Source: Snowella sp. (GTDB taxonomy: Bacteria; Cyanobacteriota; Cyanobacteriia; Cyanobacteriales; Microcystaceae). From it: 51,561 bases of DNA. The stretch spans positions 1 to 51,561 of the forward strand of contig JAYKGY010000018.1 in assembly GCA_035285545.1 (NCBI GenBank), given 5' to 3'. The position numbers were made by a program, and so were the translations under genes. Positions within the stretch are counted from its first letter, which is position 1; every line of letters begins with the position of its first letter. The notes under the pieces are model-generated. The model worked only from the letters and a program-made list of their open reading frames with translations. It was not told the origin of the DNA and did no database searches. Of the stretch, positions 41,711 through 51,334 are shown in pieces.

Positions 41711-42481
41711 TTATTCTAATCGTTTTAACATGGCTGCTCTGGCTTGGTTGGCCAAGGTGTCATCCAAAGGAGTCAAGTTGACTTCAGTTTGATATTTTAG
41801 CTCTAAGGCTTTTTTGATTAACCAATCGGCAACAAAAGGATTTTTGGGCAACAGGGGGCCGTGGGAATAGGTCGCGATCGCGTTACGGTAGAATGCGCCT
41901 TCATAGCCATCTTCACCGTTATTGCCGTAGCCTTTTTGAACTTTCCCCAAGGGCGAAACCGTATTTAAATAAGTCCGTCCACCATGATTTTCAAAGCCAA
42001 TAATAACGGGCGGTTCTCCTAACATCGCTTTTAAATCTTCCGCCAAGGGAGAGGCGGTAACTTCAAAAACCACGTTACCAATACAGCGTTTGGCATCAGG
42101 GCCAGGATGTTTACTGACCATATCCAATAAACCCAATCCCTCAATGCGTTGTCCCAAAGCAGGTTCATAGTAATGGCCCAACAGTTGGGGAGAGCCACAG
42201 GTAAAGACCCCTGGCGTGCCTTCTTCTAGTTTGGCTTTTAATGCCTCTGCCTTTGCCCCTTGCAGATCCCGCATGACAATTTCCTGTTGTCGATCCTGTG
42301 CCCCGCCGCCTGCGATGATATCCACATGACGAAAAGCACTGGCATCGGTTTGTTGATCCAACGGCACAATTTCGACTTCAAAGCCCCGCCACTGGGCCCG
42401 CCGTTGAATACAGATCACATTACCGCGATCGCCGTAGGTACTCATTAAGGTGGGATATAACCAACCAATTTTTAGTTCCAT
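41711..42481 (-). CDS. gatD: GatD/CobQ-like type-1 glutamine amidotransferase
   Basis: LYPTLMSTYGDRGN, GGGAQD, CGSPQ, GFENHGG, TYSHGPLLPKNP. Confidence 0.85.
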   Translation of the reverse strand: MELKIGWLYPTLMSTYGDRGNVICIQRRAQWRGFEVEIVPLDQQTDASAFRHVDIIAGGGAQDRQQEIVMRDLQGAKAEALKAKLEEGTPGVFTCGSPQLLGHYYEPALGQRIEGLGLLDMVSKHPGPDAKRCIGNVVFEVTASPLAEDLKAMLGEPPVIIGFENHGGRTYLNTVSPLGKVQKGYGNNGEDGYEGAFYRNAIATYSHGPLLPKNPFVADWLIKKALELKYQTEVNLTPLDDTLANQARAAMLKRLE

Positions 42482-42512
42482 GATGGGAATTAAGCCTTAC
42501 TCTTACGCTTGC

Positions 42513-43106
42513 TTACTGAACAGGTTGTTGGTTATAGGCAGGAAACAGATCTCTGGGAAAATCTTCAGCCGCCAAACAAGTATCCATTGCTTTGATCGGC
42601 GTATAGTTGGCGGTATCCCGACTTAAGGCAATCACACATTCCGAATGTCTGCCGGGTAATAAACTTTTACGACAAGTTTCTAGGGCAACCATGGAAGGAG
42701 AATCACTCGGTAACGAGGCTCCTATGGTTTCTGTTGAAGCGGGAGTCGTATAGCCACTGAGGGAAGCGGCTTGAATATCCGCTACACAGTTACCTAAATC
42801 AATTGGTCTTCTCACTTGGTAACAGGCTTGTAGGGCATTATCTGCATCAATGGGAGAGCGGGCCCGAATAATCACCACACATTCTGATAATTCTTTGGGA
42901 ATCAATGCCCCTGAACAGGCTGTCCCTGCTTTATCTCCTGCCACGCCATTTTCTTTGAGTTGTTGAACACAAACATCAAACTGATTCCAATCCCTTATAC
43001 TCCTCGCGATCGCGTTTGGTGCGGGTAAATTGATCAGCATTAAGCCAATAGGAAGGGAGAGGAAACTCATCAAACGAAGGCAAGACGGGACAACTTTGGG
43101 CATCAT
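42513..43106 (-). CDS. Secreted Cys-rich repeat hypothetical protein
   Basis: Signal peptide ending AIA and three units of C-x5-P-x3-[SG][EN]CV. Confidence 0.75.
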   Translation of the reverse strand: MMPKVVPSCLRLMSFLSLPIGLMLINLPAPNAIARSIRDWNQFDVCVQQLKENGVAGDKAGTACSGALIPKELSECVVIIRARSPIDADNALQACYQVRRPIDLGNCVADIQAASLSGYTTPASTETIGASLPSDSPSMVALETCRKSLLPGRHSECVIALSRDTANYTPIKAMDTCLAAEDFPRDLFPAYNQQPVQ

Positions 43107-43162
43107 AAGTCGGTGACTCTTAAATTAGTGCAAACGAAGTCAATAAGATTTTAAATAAAGAC

Positions 43163-43194
43163 GCACGGAAGATCAAAAAATATCCCCTCCGTGC
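43163..43194 (-). terminator. Probable moeB terminator
   Basis: GCACGGA / TCCGTGC inverted repeat about 35 nt after the moeB stop. Confidence 0.45.
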
Positions 43195-43228
43195 CTCTAG
43201 ATTAAATCAAAATGGTCAATGAAAAGCG

Positions 43229-44401
43229 TTAATACTGGGGAACACTCGGATCAACTTCTTGGCTCCAAGCGGTTATTCCGCCTTTAACGTTAATCCCTTC
43301 GATGCCTGCTTCTTTGAGAATGCCAAGGGCTTTAGCAGAGCGGCCACCTAATTTGCAATGGGCAATCACACGGCGATCGCTGGCAACTTCTCGGACTTTT
43401 TCAAGGCCTTTGCCCTGTTCGATATCGGGTAAAGGAATCAACACCGATCCTGGAATACGTGCAATTTCGTACTCGTTAGGATTGCGAACGTCGATCAGCA
43501 CAAAATCTTGAGGCCCATTATCCATTAGCTCTTTTAATTCTGTCACTGTCATTTCCTGAATGGATGATTTTTCTGCTGCTTCGGCTGCTTTGGCTTGGGG
43601 AATCCCACAGAATTGATCATAATCAATAAGTTTTTCAATCACCGGCCGCTCAGGATTGGGACGTAACTTTAACTCACGGAATTTCATATCCCACGCATTA
43701 AACAGCAGCAATCGACCACTCAGGGTATTTTCTGCCCCCAAAATAATTTTAATAGCTTCGGTTGCTTGAATTGTACCAATAATGCCAGGTAATACGCCTA
43801 AAACGCCACCTTCTGCACAAGAGGGAACCATGCCTGGCGGTGGGGGTTCGGGGTACAAGTCGCGATAGTTCGGCCCGCCTTGGTAGTTAAAGACGGTTGC
43901 CTGTCCTTCAAAGCGGAAAATAGACCCATAGACGTTGGGTTTGTTGAGCAATACACAAGCGTCATTGGTCAAATACCGAGTCGGAAAATTGTCGGTTCCG
44001 TCAATGACAATATCGTAGGGTGCAAGGATATCCAGCGCATTAGCCGAACTGAGTTGGGTTTCGTATAGGTCAACCTGACAGAAGGGATTAATTTCTAAAA
44101 TGCGGTCTTTGGCTGACTGGACTTTGGGTTTGCCGACCCAGGAAGTGCCGTGAATGATTTGACGCTGTAGGTTGGAACTGTCAACAATATCAAAATCGAC
44201 AATGCCAATGCGACCGATCCCAGCAGCAGCGAGATAAAGCAGCAGGGGAGAACCTAGCCCTCCGGTACCGATACAAAGGACACTTGCAGCTTTGAGACGT
44301 TTTTGGCCATCTAGCCCTACTTCTGGCAGAATTATGTGACGGGAATACCGTTGGTATTCATCTTTTGAGAGTTGGATCTCGGCTAAGTTTGGATTAAGCA
44401 T
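43229..44401 (-). CDS. moeB: MoeB/MoeZ adenylyltransferase with a C-terminal rhodanese domain
   Basis: RYSRH, GTGGLG, SNLQRQ, DGTDNF, PSCAEGG, DVR, HCKLGGRS. Confidence 0.93.
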   Translation of the reverse strand: MLNPNLAEIQLSKDEYQRYSRHIILPEVGLDGQKRLKAASVLCIGTGGLGSPLLLYLAAAGIGRIGIVDFDIVDSSNLQRQIIHGTSWVGKPKVQSAKDRILEINPFCQVDLYETQLSSANALDILAPYDIVIDGTDNFPTRYLTNDACVLLNKPNVYGSIFRFEGQATVFNYQGGPNYRDLYPEPPPPGMVPSCAEGGVLGVLPGIIGTIQATEAIKIILGAENTLSGRLLLFNAWDMKFRELKLRPNPERPVIEKLIDYDQFCGIPQAKAAEAAEKSSIQEMTVTELKELMDNGPQDFVLIDVRNPNEYEIARIPGSVLIPLPDIEQGKGLEKVREVASDRRVIAHCKLGGRSAKALGILKEAGIEGINVKGGITAWSQEVDPSVPQY

Positions 44402-44525
44402 AGGCGTTGCCTGCGGGGAATCGCTATCAGTTACATCCGCAGCAAATATACTATTGTAAGCCTTTTTGAGGTTGTTTTGTAAAATCTTGGGAATCTTTAA
44501 GTAAATTCAATTCTCTGAGAGGATA

Positions 44526-44864
44526 AAGCAGATAATGCTAGTCTATAAAAGAGTCCAGGTTAAGAAACAGAAAGATGAACAAATGTTTAAAATGTGAGCA
44601 TCAACTGCACAGATGATGGGAAGCCCTATAAAGAATTGCTAGACGAGCATCCCGATGCGTTTCATGTAATTACGAAGAGTGAAACAGTGAGGATAGAAAG
44701 GAATAATTCAGATAATCGTCATTGGTTTGCCCGTTTTCATCGAAAAACGAAAGTTGTGTCTCGCTCAGTAGAAGTCGTTGACCTGACTATGGCTTTATTC
44801 GCTAAATTCAGAGTTAACGGAACTATTCATTTGTTAAGCCACTGGAAGTTAGCATTATTTGCTT
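44526..44864 (+). mobile_element. Internally deleted IS1-family element retaining both inverted repeats
   Basis: IR pair AAGCAGATAATGCTA / TAGCATTATTTGCTT. InsA-like start MNKCLKC at 44575 lies directly before an InsB-like C-terminus (TDD, ERNN..RH..ARF.RKT). Confidence 0.8.
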
Positions 44865-44878
44865 GAAACTTTTGGTAA

Positions 44879-45883
44879 TTACTTACTTTCAAGTAAGTAA
44901 TTCTTTTGATGCCATTGCCAAGCATGGTTTACCATATCAGTTAAAGAATACATAGGAGACCAACCTAAAGTTTGTTGAGCTTTTTTGTTACTACCAATTA
45001 ATAAAGGCGGATCTCCTATTCGTCGAGGCTGTTCAACAACTGGAATAATCCGTTGGGTTACATCCTGACATGCTTGAATAACTTCTTTGACAGAGTAACC
45101 ATTTTCATTCCCCAAATTAAATATTTCACTCTTACCTTGATTTACTAAATATTCTAAACCCAAGCAATGAGCGACTGCCAAATCACTTACATGAATATAA
45201 TCTCGAATACAAGTACCATCAAGAGTCGGGTAATCGGTGCCAAAAATACTAATGTGGGAATGTTTACCTATAGCTGCTAAAAGCGTAAGGGGGATTAGGT
45301 GGGTTTCGGGATTATGATCTTCGCCTATTAAACCATTAGGATCAGCTCCTGCTGCATTAAAGTAACGAAAAATTACAAACTTTATTCCATAGGCTGCATC
45401 AAAATCTTGGAGAATTCGTTCAACCATCAATTTACTATGACCATAGGGATTGATCGGTTGTTGAAGATGGTTTTCTGGAATCGGAAGTATTGTTGGAATA
45501 CCATATGTGGCACAAGTGGATGAAAAAACGATTTTTGTCACTCCATGAGCCAGCATTGCCTCTAGCAGTGTTAAAGTTCCTTCTACATTATTGCGATAGT
45601 AGCGTGCGGGTTTTTTTACGGATTCTCCGACATAGGCGTAGGCTGCAAAATGAATAACTGCATCTATTTTATAGGCTTGAAACAGTTCATCCAGTAAACG
45701 GCGATCGCCGATATCTCCAATAATTAAGGGAACTTTGAGAACTTCCTCGACAATATATCGATGACCATAAACAAGATTGTCAAGAATAATAACGTGATAA
45801 CCTCGACGTTGAAGTTCAAGGACTGTATGGGAACCAATATAGCCAGCACCGCCTGTTACGAGAATGGTTTGAGTGTTGCCCAT
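44879..45883 (-). CDS. galE: UDP-glucose 4-epimerase
   Basis: TGGAGYIGSH, HFAA..VGES, FSSTCATYG, PYGHSK, RYFNAAG, RDYIHV. Confidence 0.95.
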   Translation of the reverse strand: MGNTQTILVTGGAGYIGSHTVLELQRRGYHVIILDNLVYGHRYIVEEVLKVPLIIGDIGDRRLLDELFQAYKIDAVIHFAAYAYVGESVKKPARYYRNNVEGTLTLLEAMLAHGVTKIVFSSTCATYGIPTILPIPENHLQQPINPYGHSKLMVERILQDFDAAYGIKFVIFRYFNAAGADPNGLIGEDHNPETHLIPLTLLAAIGKHSHISIFGTDYPTLDGTCIRDYIHVSDLAVAHCLGLEYLVNQGKSEIFNLGNENGYSVKEVIQACQDVTQRIIPVVEQPRRIGDPPLLIGSNKKAQQTLGWSPMYSLTDMVNHAWQWHQKNYLLESK

Positions 45884-45979
45884 TATCAATTTTTAATCAT
45901 TTAATCAATACTTTTTTCATCTTGCATTTTAACAGTACCCATTCTTATTTGGAATCACTATACCTCCTACAAACTAAAG

Positions 45980-47542
45980 TTATTCTTGGTTTTGTAGCCC
46001 CACAGCTTGCTTGAATAAAATCCAAAAGTGCCTCAATTGCCAAAACTTACTGGTTTCCATCGCTTTAATCCGGTCTTTTGATCGCTCAATTTCAGCTTCC
46101 ATTTCATGTAATTGATTTCTCAAAGAGTTTAAATGAGCTTGTGTTAGGGACAAAACAATCCGAAGAAAAATATTCTCAAAGTTAGACCCTCTAGCCCCAT
46201 CGATAGGGACGGCAAGGGTTTGGGAAGGCTCATTCAAGATAGGATAAACCTTCCCCTTAGATGCCGGAGAAATTAGCAATAAATCCTTGTATAAATTCAA
46301 GTAGTTTTGCGCTTGTATTGCCAACGAGTGATCGCGCTCCATCTTTTGACGGCATTTTTCCCCCATTGTTTTACATAAAAGACGATTGTGAATACATTCT
46401 AAAATAGCTTCTGCCATTTTTTGAGGATCAATTACGGAAACAAGTTTACCTGTTATATCATGCTGAATAATATCAGGCATCCCCCCTGTATTAAAAGCAA
46501 TGATTGGCGTTCCACAACTCATCGCCTCTAGCATCGTATTGGGTAAATTATCTTCAAGGGAAGGCAAAACAAATATATCGGCAGCAGCGTAGATAAGACT
46601 GAGATCTCGATCAGAAGTAATCTTTCCAAAGGAAATCACTGGAATGTCAAGAGATTCCAATTGTCGATTCGGTACACCGAAGCACAATAGCTTAAATTGT
46701 TCTGCTTGAAGAAGCTTTGTAAAATGAATATTCTCAGCACAAAATTGTAATGCCTCTAATAATTCTTTAAACCCCTTCCTCTTTTCGTTTCCATCAGCCG
46801 CACCAATCAAAACGGTAAATGTATCGGTGGGGATGCCTAAAGAGAGTTTAGATTGCTCTTTAGGCCAAGGAAAAAAAGTATCTGTTTCCAGGGAATAAGG
46901 GATCACTTCAATGCGATTATTGCGAAAAAGTTGACTTTTACGAGCCAATTCTGCCAGCCATTGACTAGGAGTGACAATAGTTAAGTTTTTTTGATTAAGC
47001 AACTCTAGCTTATCTTTTAATAACGCCGAAGCTAAACCGAAAGAATCGCTTGCCAATTGGGGACAAATAGAACAATCTTGCTGATATTGATTACAGCCTG
47101 ATGAATAATGGCATCCCCCTGTAAAAGCCCACATATCATGGAGTGTCCAAACGATAGGTTTTCCTAAGTCAAGCAGCTTTTTAAGCGTAACCGGAGATTG
47201 GAAATAGGCAATCCAATGTAAGTTGATAATATCTGCCATTAAAACAGAAGATAATTGTGTTAAATCCACTCCGGGATAGGACAAGGAAAATAGGGTATTA
47301 GACAGAGAAGTCCTATTGGCATTAATGTAAGATTCTTGAATCAGATCGAGATAGCCCTTGTCATCATGTCCAACCATTAAAGATTGAGGACGCAAAAGGA
47401 TGACAGTTTCATCACAGGATTGCTTGGAGAGTGTCAATAACTGAGAGTCTTGTCCAATTTCAACAAGGCCACGGTGGAGTCGATAGGCAGATCTAGCGGC
47501 TCCACCATCAATATCACAAGTATTCAATTGAATGATTTTCAT
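45980..47542 (-). CDS. GT4 glycosyltransferase (WcaC-like) with a C-terminal coiled coil
   Basis: GGAARS, WTLHDMW.FTGGCHY, RKG, EDNLPNTMLEAMSCG, METSKFWQLR tail. Confidence 0.9.
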   Translation of the reverse strand: MKIIQLNTCDIDGGAARSAYRLHRGLVEIGQDSQLLTLSKQSCDETVILLRPQSLMVGHDDKGYLDLIQESYINANRTSLSNTLFSLSYPGVDLTQLSSVLMADIINLHWIAYFQSPVTLKKLLDLGKPIVWTLHDMWAFTGGCHYSSGCNQYQQDCSICPQLASDSFGLASALLKDKLELLNQKNLTIVTPSQWLAELARKSQLFRNNRIEVIPYSLETDTFFPWPKEQSKLSLGIPTDTFTVLIGAADGNEKRKGFKELLEALQFCAENIHFTKLLQAEQFKLLCFGVPNRQLESLDIPVISFGKITSDRDLSLIYAAADIFVLPSLEDNLPNTMLEAMSCGTPIIAFNTGGMPDIIQHDITGKLVSVIDPQKMAEAILECIHNRLLCKTMGEKCRQKMERDHSLAIQAQNYLNLYKDLLLISPASKGKVYPILNEPSQTLAVPIDGARGSNFENIFLRIVLSLTQAHLNSLRNQLHEMEAEIERSKDRIKAMETSKFWQLRHFWILFKQAVGLQNQE

Positions 47543-47545
47543 CGG

Positions 47546-49099
47546 CTATTCGTCCGTTGGCAATCCCAAAGTCCTTTTAACGCGAAACCACTTGGCTCTC
47601 AATTTCCAAAATTTACTAGTTTCCATGGCCTCAGTTCTCGTTTTTGCCTGTTCGGCTTCATTTCTGGCTTGTTGTAGTTGAGACTGAAGGTTACTAATTT
47701 GCGATCGCAGTTCTTCTACTTCGGATTGAGAATATTGACGCTGGCTTTGGAGTTGTTGGATAGCGGTGATCAACATATAGATTTGCCGAGGCGACCAATC
47801 TGACGGAGGAATCTGGGCAAGATAGTTACGAAGAGAATATTGTTCACGGGGGAGAGGATCTCCCTTGGGAATAGTATTTTCAAAAGTCACTCTATATTCA
47901 TAGAGAGGATAGGGATAGTAAATGATTTTCTTCCCTGTCGCGACCGTCGCTGCAATGATTTCCCAGATTGGTGTATGGATATCTTTACTCTCTGTCGGTC
48001 TAAACTTCTTCAAAAACGGCACTGAGAATAAGGCACAAGCCTGTCCGTAGATATCAGACTTAAGAATAGTCGGTAGAGTTTCTCCCGAAAAATTCACAAT
48101 ACGATCAACAGCACCGATCTCTTTTCGAGGACAGATAACGATTGTTGCTTTTGATTGACCAGCCGCTTCTGCAAATTTTTCTAGCGCACAAGGCAATAAG
48201 TTGATATTAGGGTCAAGGAGTAAGAAATAATCTCCTGTCGATAAATCTATCAAATGGTTAAAAACAGCTCCCAAGCCTAGACGACTGTCTAGTTGAATAA
48301 ACTGATAATTAGGAAAGAGAGTGTGAGCCTTCTCAAACATATCTTGACTATATTTATCAGTAGAAGCATCGTCTAAAACAATGACCTCTACCTCATTATA
48401 GGTTTGTGCTTCAATACTAGAAAGGCAGTCGATCAGATATTTACCCTGATTATGATGAGTAAGCGCGATAGTTATTTTAGAGGGAGAATCTTCTAAAATA
48501 GAAGATTGGCTAAAAGTTTCTTGAATATATTCTAATTTTTGGGCAAGTAAACGTTGGTTAAGTTGTTCTAAAGCCGCTTGTTCACAGACCGGTGGAGTCT
48601 GAAAATAGTTCATTAAAGCTTGAGACAGGGCTTGAGCTAAAGAGTGAGAATCCTTAGGTTTAAACCAATAAACTCCAGATTCTCGATTCACCAATTGAAG
48701 AGTTTCGCGAAATCCTCCAGTATCCGAAACAACCAGATTGACAGGGAGTTGTCCCATTTCCAAGGCACTATTCGGAAAGTTTTCTTGAGGACTCGTTAGA
48801 CAAACGACTGGATACTCAAGATCTTGAACATATTGAATAGCTTGAGAGCTATAAAGATTGGAGAGAATCTCGTAAGAAAAATGAGTACCCAACTCCCGCT
48901 CTATATACTGCTGGCTATTAAGGTGGCTCAACTCAGCAGAATAGAGAGGAACAACTTTGCCTAAAAATAAAATGGTGACCCTGCTCTTTATCTCCGGGTC
49001 TAGCAACTGAACAGCTTCTACGAAGGTACATAACCCTTTTCTTTCTTCTAGGCGCCCAAAGAAAATAACAGGCATTTTTTGCGAAGTCATTGACATCAT
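47546..49099 (-). CDS. GT4 C-terminal lobe, GT2 domain and coiled coil
   Basis: FFGRLEERKG and ENFPNSALE, then a GT2 domain (HNQGKYL, LDDASTD) and a METSKFWKLR tail. Confidence 0.85.
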   Translation of the reverse strand: MMSMTSQKMPVIFFGRLEERKGLCTFVEAVQLLDPEIKSRVTILFLGKVVPLYSAELSHLNSQQYIERELGTHFSYEILSNLYSSQAIQYVQDLEYPVVCLTSPQENFPNSALEMGQLPVNLVVSDTGGFRETLQLVNRESGVYWFKPKDSHSLAQALSQALMNYFQTPPVCEQAALEQLNQRLLAQKLEYIQETFSQSSILEDSPSKITIALTHHNQGKYLIDCLSSIEAQTYNEVEVIVLDDASTDKYSQDMFEKAHTLFPNYQFIQLDSRLGLGAVFNHLIDLSTGDYFLLLDPNINLLPCALEKFAEAAGQSKATIVICPRKEIGAVDRIVNFSGETLPTILKSDIYGQACALFSVPFLKKFRPTESKDIHTPIWEIIAATVATGKKIIYYPYPLYEYRVTFENTIPKGDPLPREQYSLRNYLAQIPPSDWSPRQIYMLITAIQQLQSQRQYSQSEVEELRSQISNLQSQLQQARNEAEQAKTRTEAMETSKFWKLRAKWFRVKRTLGLPTDE

Positions 49100-49150
49100 C
49101 TGGATTTATTTTGACTTAGTTTTAGTTAATCATCGATATTTTAAATTATT

Positions 49151-50800
49151 TCAGTCACTTGTCACCTTAGGAATAAAGTAGGGCATATGCTTTGCCTTAT
49201 GGTTATACCAGCCGTAAGACTCTACCTTATTCTTAAGAAAATGGGAAGGAAAAAACGTCAAGTCAGCATCTTCAAAAGAAGCCTGTTCATAATGGCAAAC
49301 TTTCCAGAGTCCGTCAAGGTTATGCTCATAAACTAATTTTTCGTTTGCTTCATAGACCCATTCATGTCCACTATGCATTGTTACTGCAACTTGACAATTT
49401 TCCTCTAAACATTTAGCTTGTTTAGCTTGAATTGTTCGGTAACCAATTCCTGACATTTCATGGAACTCGACGTAGACTTGAGAATTTTTAAACTGCGTCA
49501 AAATTGCTTGTATGAAAAATAGACAGCAAACACTCTGGTAGTCAAACCAAATTGGTTGAGACTCAGCTAACATTGAAGAATGAATGGGTTTAAGGTTTAA
49601 GCATTGTTCAATCTCAGATGTTAAAAATATATGTTTTAATTCAGGGTGTCTTGTAAGATCGATGGGAGTAGGTTGAGGATCGCAGAGCAACAAGATCAGA
49701 TACCAGCCATCAGCATCTAGTACCTTAGCAAGATTTTTGTAATAGGTTCCAACTCCTCCATTTTTAAAGATACCTTCGTATTCAGTTGTTGCCAATATGG
49801 CAACTTTTGGTGGAGTCGATTGAGGAAAAATATCTTTTAAACTCGATTGAAAATCAACAATAAAGCTTTTTTCCGAGAAATTATTTAATAGTTCATTTTG
49901 ACTATTTAAGGGGTTTTGAGTATTGGCTGTAATAGGATTATGTTCCTGTTTTGAGCTGTTGACTAAATTTTCAACCTGAATCCGAAATTCACCATCCCCT
50001 GGAAAAAGATGGGGTCTTCCCTCTCGAAAACTGTAAGTAAAGTTACCATCTACAGAAACGAGATGATCCCCTTGAGAATAAAGAGGCTGGTAACTCTGAG
50101 GACAAGCCAATAAAGGGAAAAACCAATCAGGGGAATCAAGGTTGCTTAAAGCCTTTTCATAGTAAGGACTTCGCACTGAGCCGTCACCAGGCTTGTGAAC
50201 AATGACATACTCGGTGTTATGGGTATTAGGAGAGTCCTTCCCCAAAAGACGACCTTTAGATAACTGATTGATAAGAAAGTACCAGAACGGCCAAGTAATT
50301 TTCCGAGGTCTGTTAACCTGTAGGTATTCCCATAAAAGCCAAGCTACAGTTTGACCGAAGTGATGAACTGATTGGGTTTCTATTATCTCAAAACCAACAT
50401 ATTCCATCAGCTCCGTTAATCCATTACGGGTGAAACGAATAAAATCGTAAGGACATGCATGTTGAGGCTGAAGAAATGGAACTGCAATGATTCCAAACCC
50501 ACCTGATCGCAAAACCCGATGAAATTCTTGGGCAACTATCCAAGCATAGCGAGTATGTTCGAGAACAGCAATACTGACAATTGTATCTACTGATTCATCC
50601 TGTAAAGGAATGCGATGGAGATCAGCAACAATATCCGGATTATTGTTTGTATCAATATCAATACCCAAGTTCTTCTGTCCGAGCTGAATTTCTCTATTTC
50701 CTGACCCCGCATTGAGGACTATACCCTTACAGTATTTTAGAAAAGGTTCCAATTCATCGGAAATAGAAGGCCAGACTAAAGGATAAGAAAAGATATTCAT
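49151..50800 (-). CDS. SAM methyltransferase, Trm112-like segment and GT4 N-terminal lobe
   Basis: LNAGSG, AVLEH, DFIRFT; LACPQS...GRPHL; NGGVGTY, EFHE, TMHS, FPSHFL. Confidence 0.82.
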   Translation of the reverse strand: MNIFSYPLVWPSISDELEPFLKYCKGIVLNAGSGNREIQLGQKNLGIDIDTNNNPDIVADLHRIPLQDESVDTIVSIAVLEHTRYAWIVAQEFHRVLRSGGFGIIAVPFLQPQHACPYDFIRFTRNGLTELMEYVGFEIIETQSVHHFGQTVAWLLWEYLQVNRPRKITWPFWYFLINQLSKGRLLGKDSPNTHNTEYVIVHKPGDGSVRSPYYEKALSNLDSPDWFFPLLACPQSYQPLYSQGDHLVSVDGNFTYSFREGRPHLFPGDGEFRIQVENLVNSSKQEHNPITANTQNPLNSQNELLNNFSEKSFIVDFQSSLKDIFPQSTPPKVAILATTEYEGIFKNGGVGTYYKNLAKVLDADGWYLILLLCDPQPTPIDLTRHPELKHIFLTSEIEQCLNLKPIHSSMLAESQPIWFDYQSVCCLFFIQAILTQFKNSQVYVEFHEMSGIGYRTIQAKQAKCLEENCQVAVTMHSGHEWVYEANEKLVYEHNLDGLWKVCHYEQASFEDADLTFFPSHFLKNKVESYGWYNHKAKHMPYFIPKVTSD

Positions 50801-50860
50801 AGACTTTATACAAACTTGCTCTAAGATATTTTTATTTGAAATTACAACTCAGCCTAGCAT

Positions 50861-51150
50861 GGGCTTGAAATAGATAGTATACAACCGATGGGAACGGTAG
50901 ATTTGTTCACACTGACACGTTAGGTGGAGTCCAAATGGGAACCAAGCCCTTCCTCCAAGGACTCCATATAGCGAGTATCACTTTCTCTAGTCGGTAAAGT
51001 GGAAGTCTCCTCTGCAAGACAAAGCACTTCTCCGTGCTGAACTCCTTCCGCTAAATCCGAACTAAAATTCAGGCAACCGGACTGCATATTCGACACCATT
51101 AATTCACTAACGACATAACATATACCAATGCCACAAACCCACATAGCTAG
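50861..51150 (-). ncRNA. Structured non-coding element resembling a degenerate HEARO/omegaRNA (IscB/IsrB-type IS remnant)
   Basis: Several hairpins. Minus-strand TCCGG...TAGTTCGGATT and GAGACTT..ACTTTAC resemble cyanobacterial omegaRNA scaffolds as recalled from memory, not searched. Confidence 0.4.
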
Positions 51151-51334
51151 TTTCTCCTCAACCCCAAAACTAATTCAGAAAAAATAATAGTTAAGTGTAG
51201 AGTCTATTTGGTATCTTTGCCACAACCTTCACCCAATATAGACTAGAGATAGCTAGACAAAATGCCTGTAATTGTTATCAGTTAAGCGTTACAAGAGAAA
51301 TACCAGATAGGTTTTATAAAACCATTAAAAGAGG

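Noticed and set aside
41596..41781. 61-aa ORF starting MPPKSPNSGG
   Set aside because: It is a translation of the palindromic repeat and runs antisense into gatD.
3388..48025. Many short ORFs nested in or antisense to long genes (e.g. 3388-3657, 17401-17658, 28304-28672, 30063-30479, 33288-33656)
   Set aside because: These are shadow ORFs of well-supported genes with no independent evidence.
49100..49153. UGA readthrough or single frameshift joining the two GT halves
   Set aside because: Additional TGA and TAA codons lie in frame and there are stops in the other frames of the spacer.
50920..51144. 74-aa ORF as a real gene
   Set aside because: It has no recognisable motif and lies wholly in a hairpin-dense element better explained as RNA or an IS remnant.
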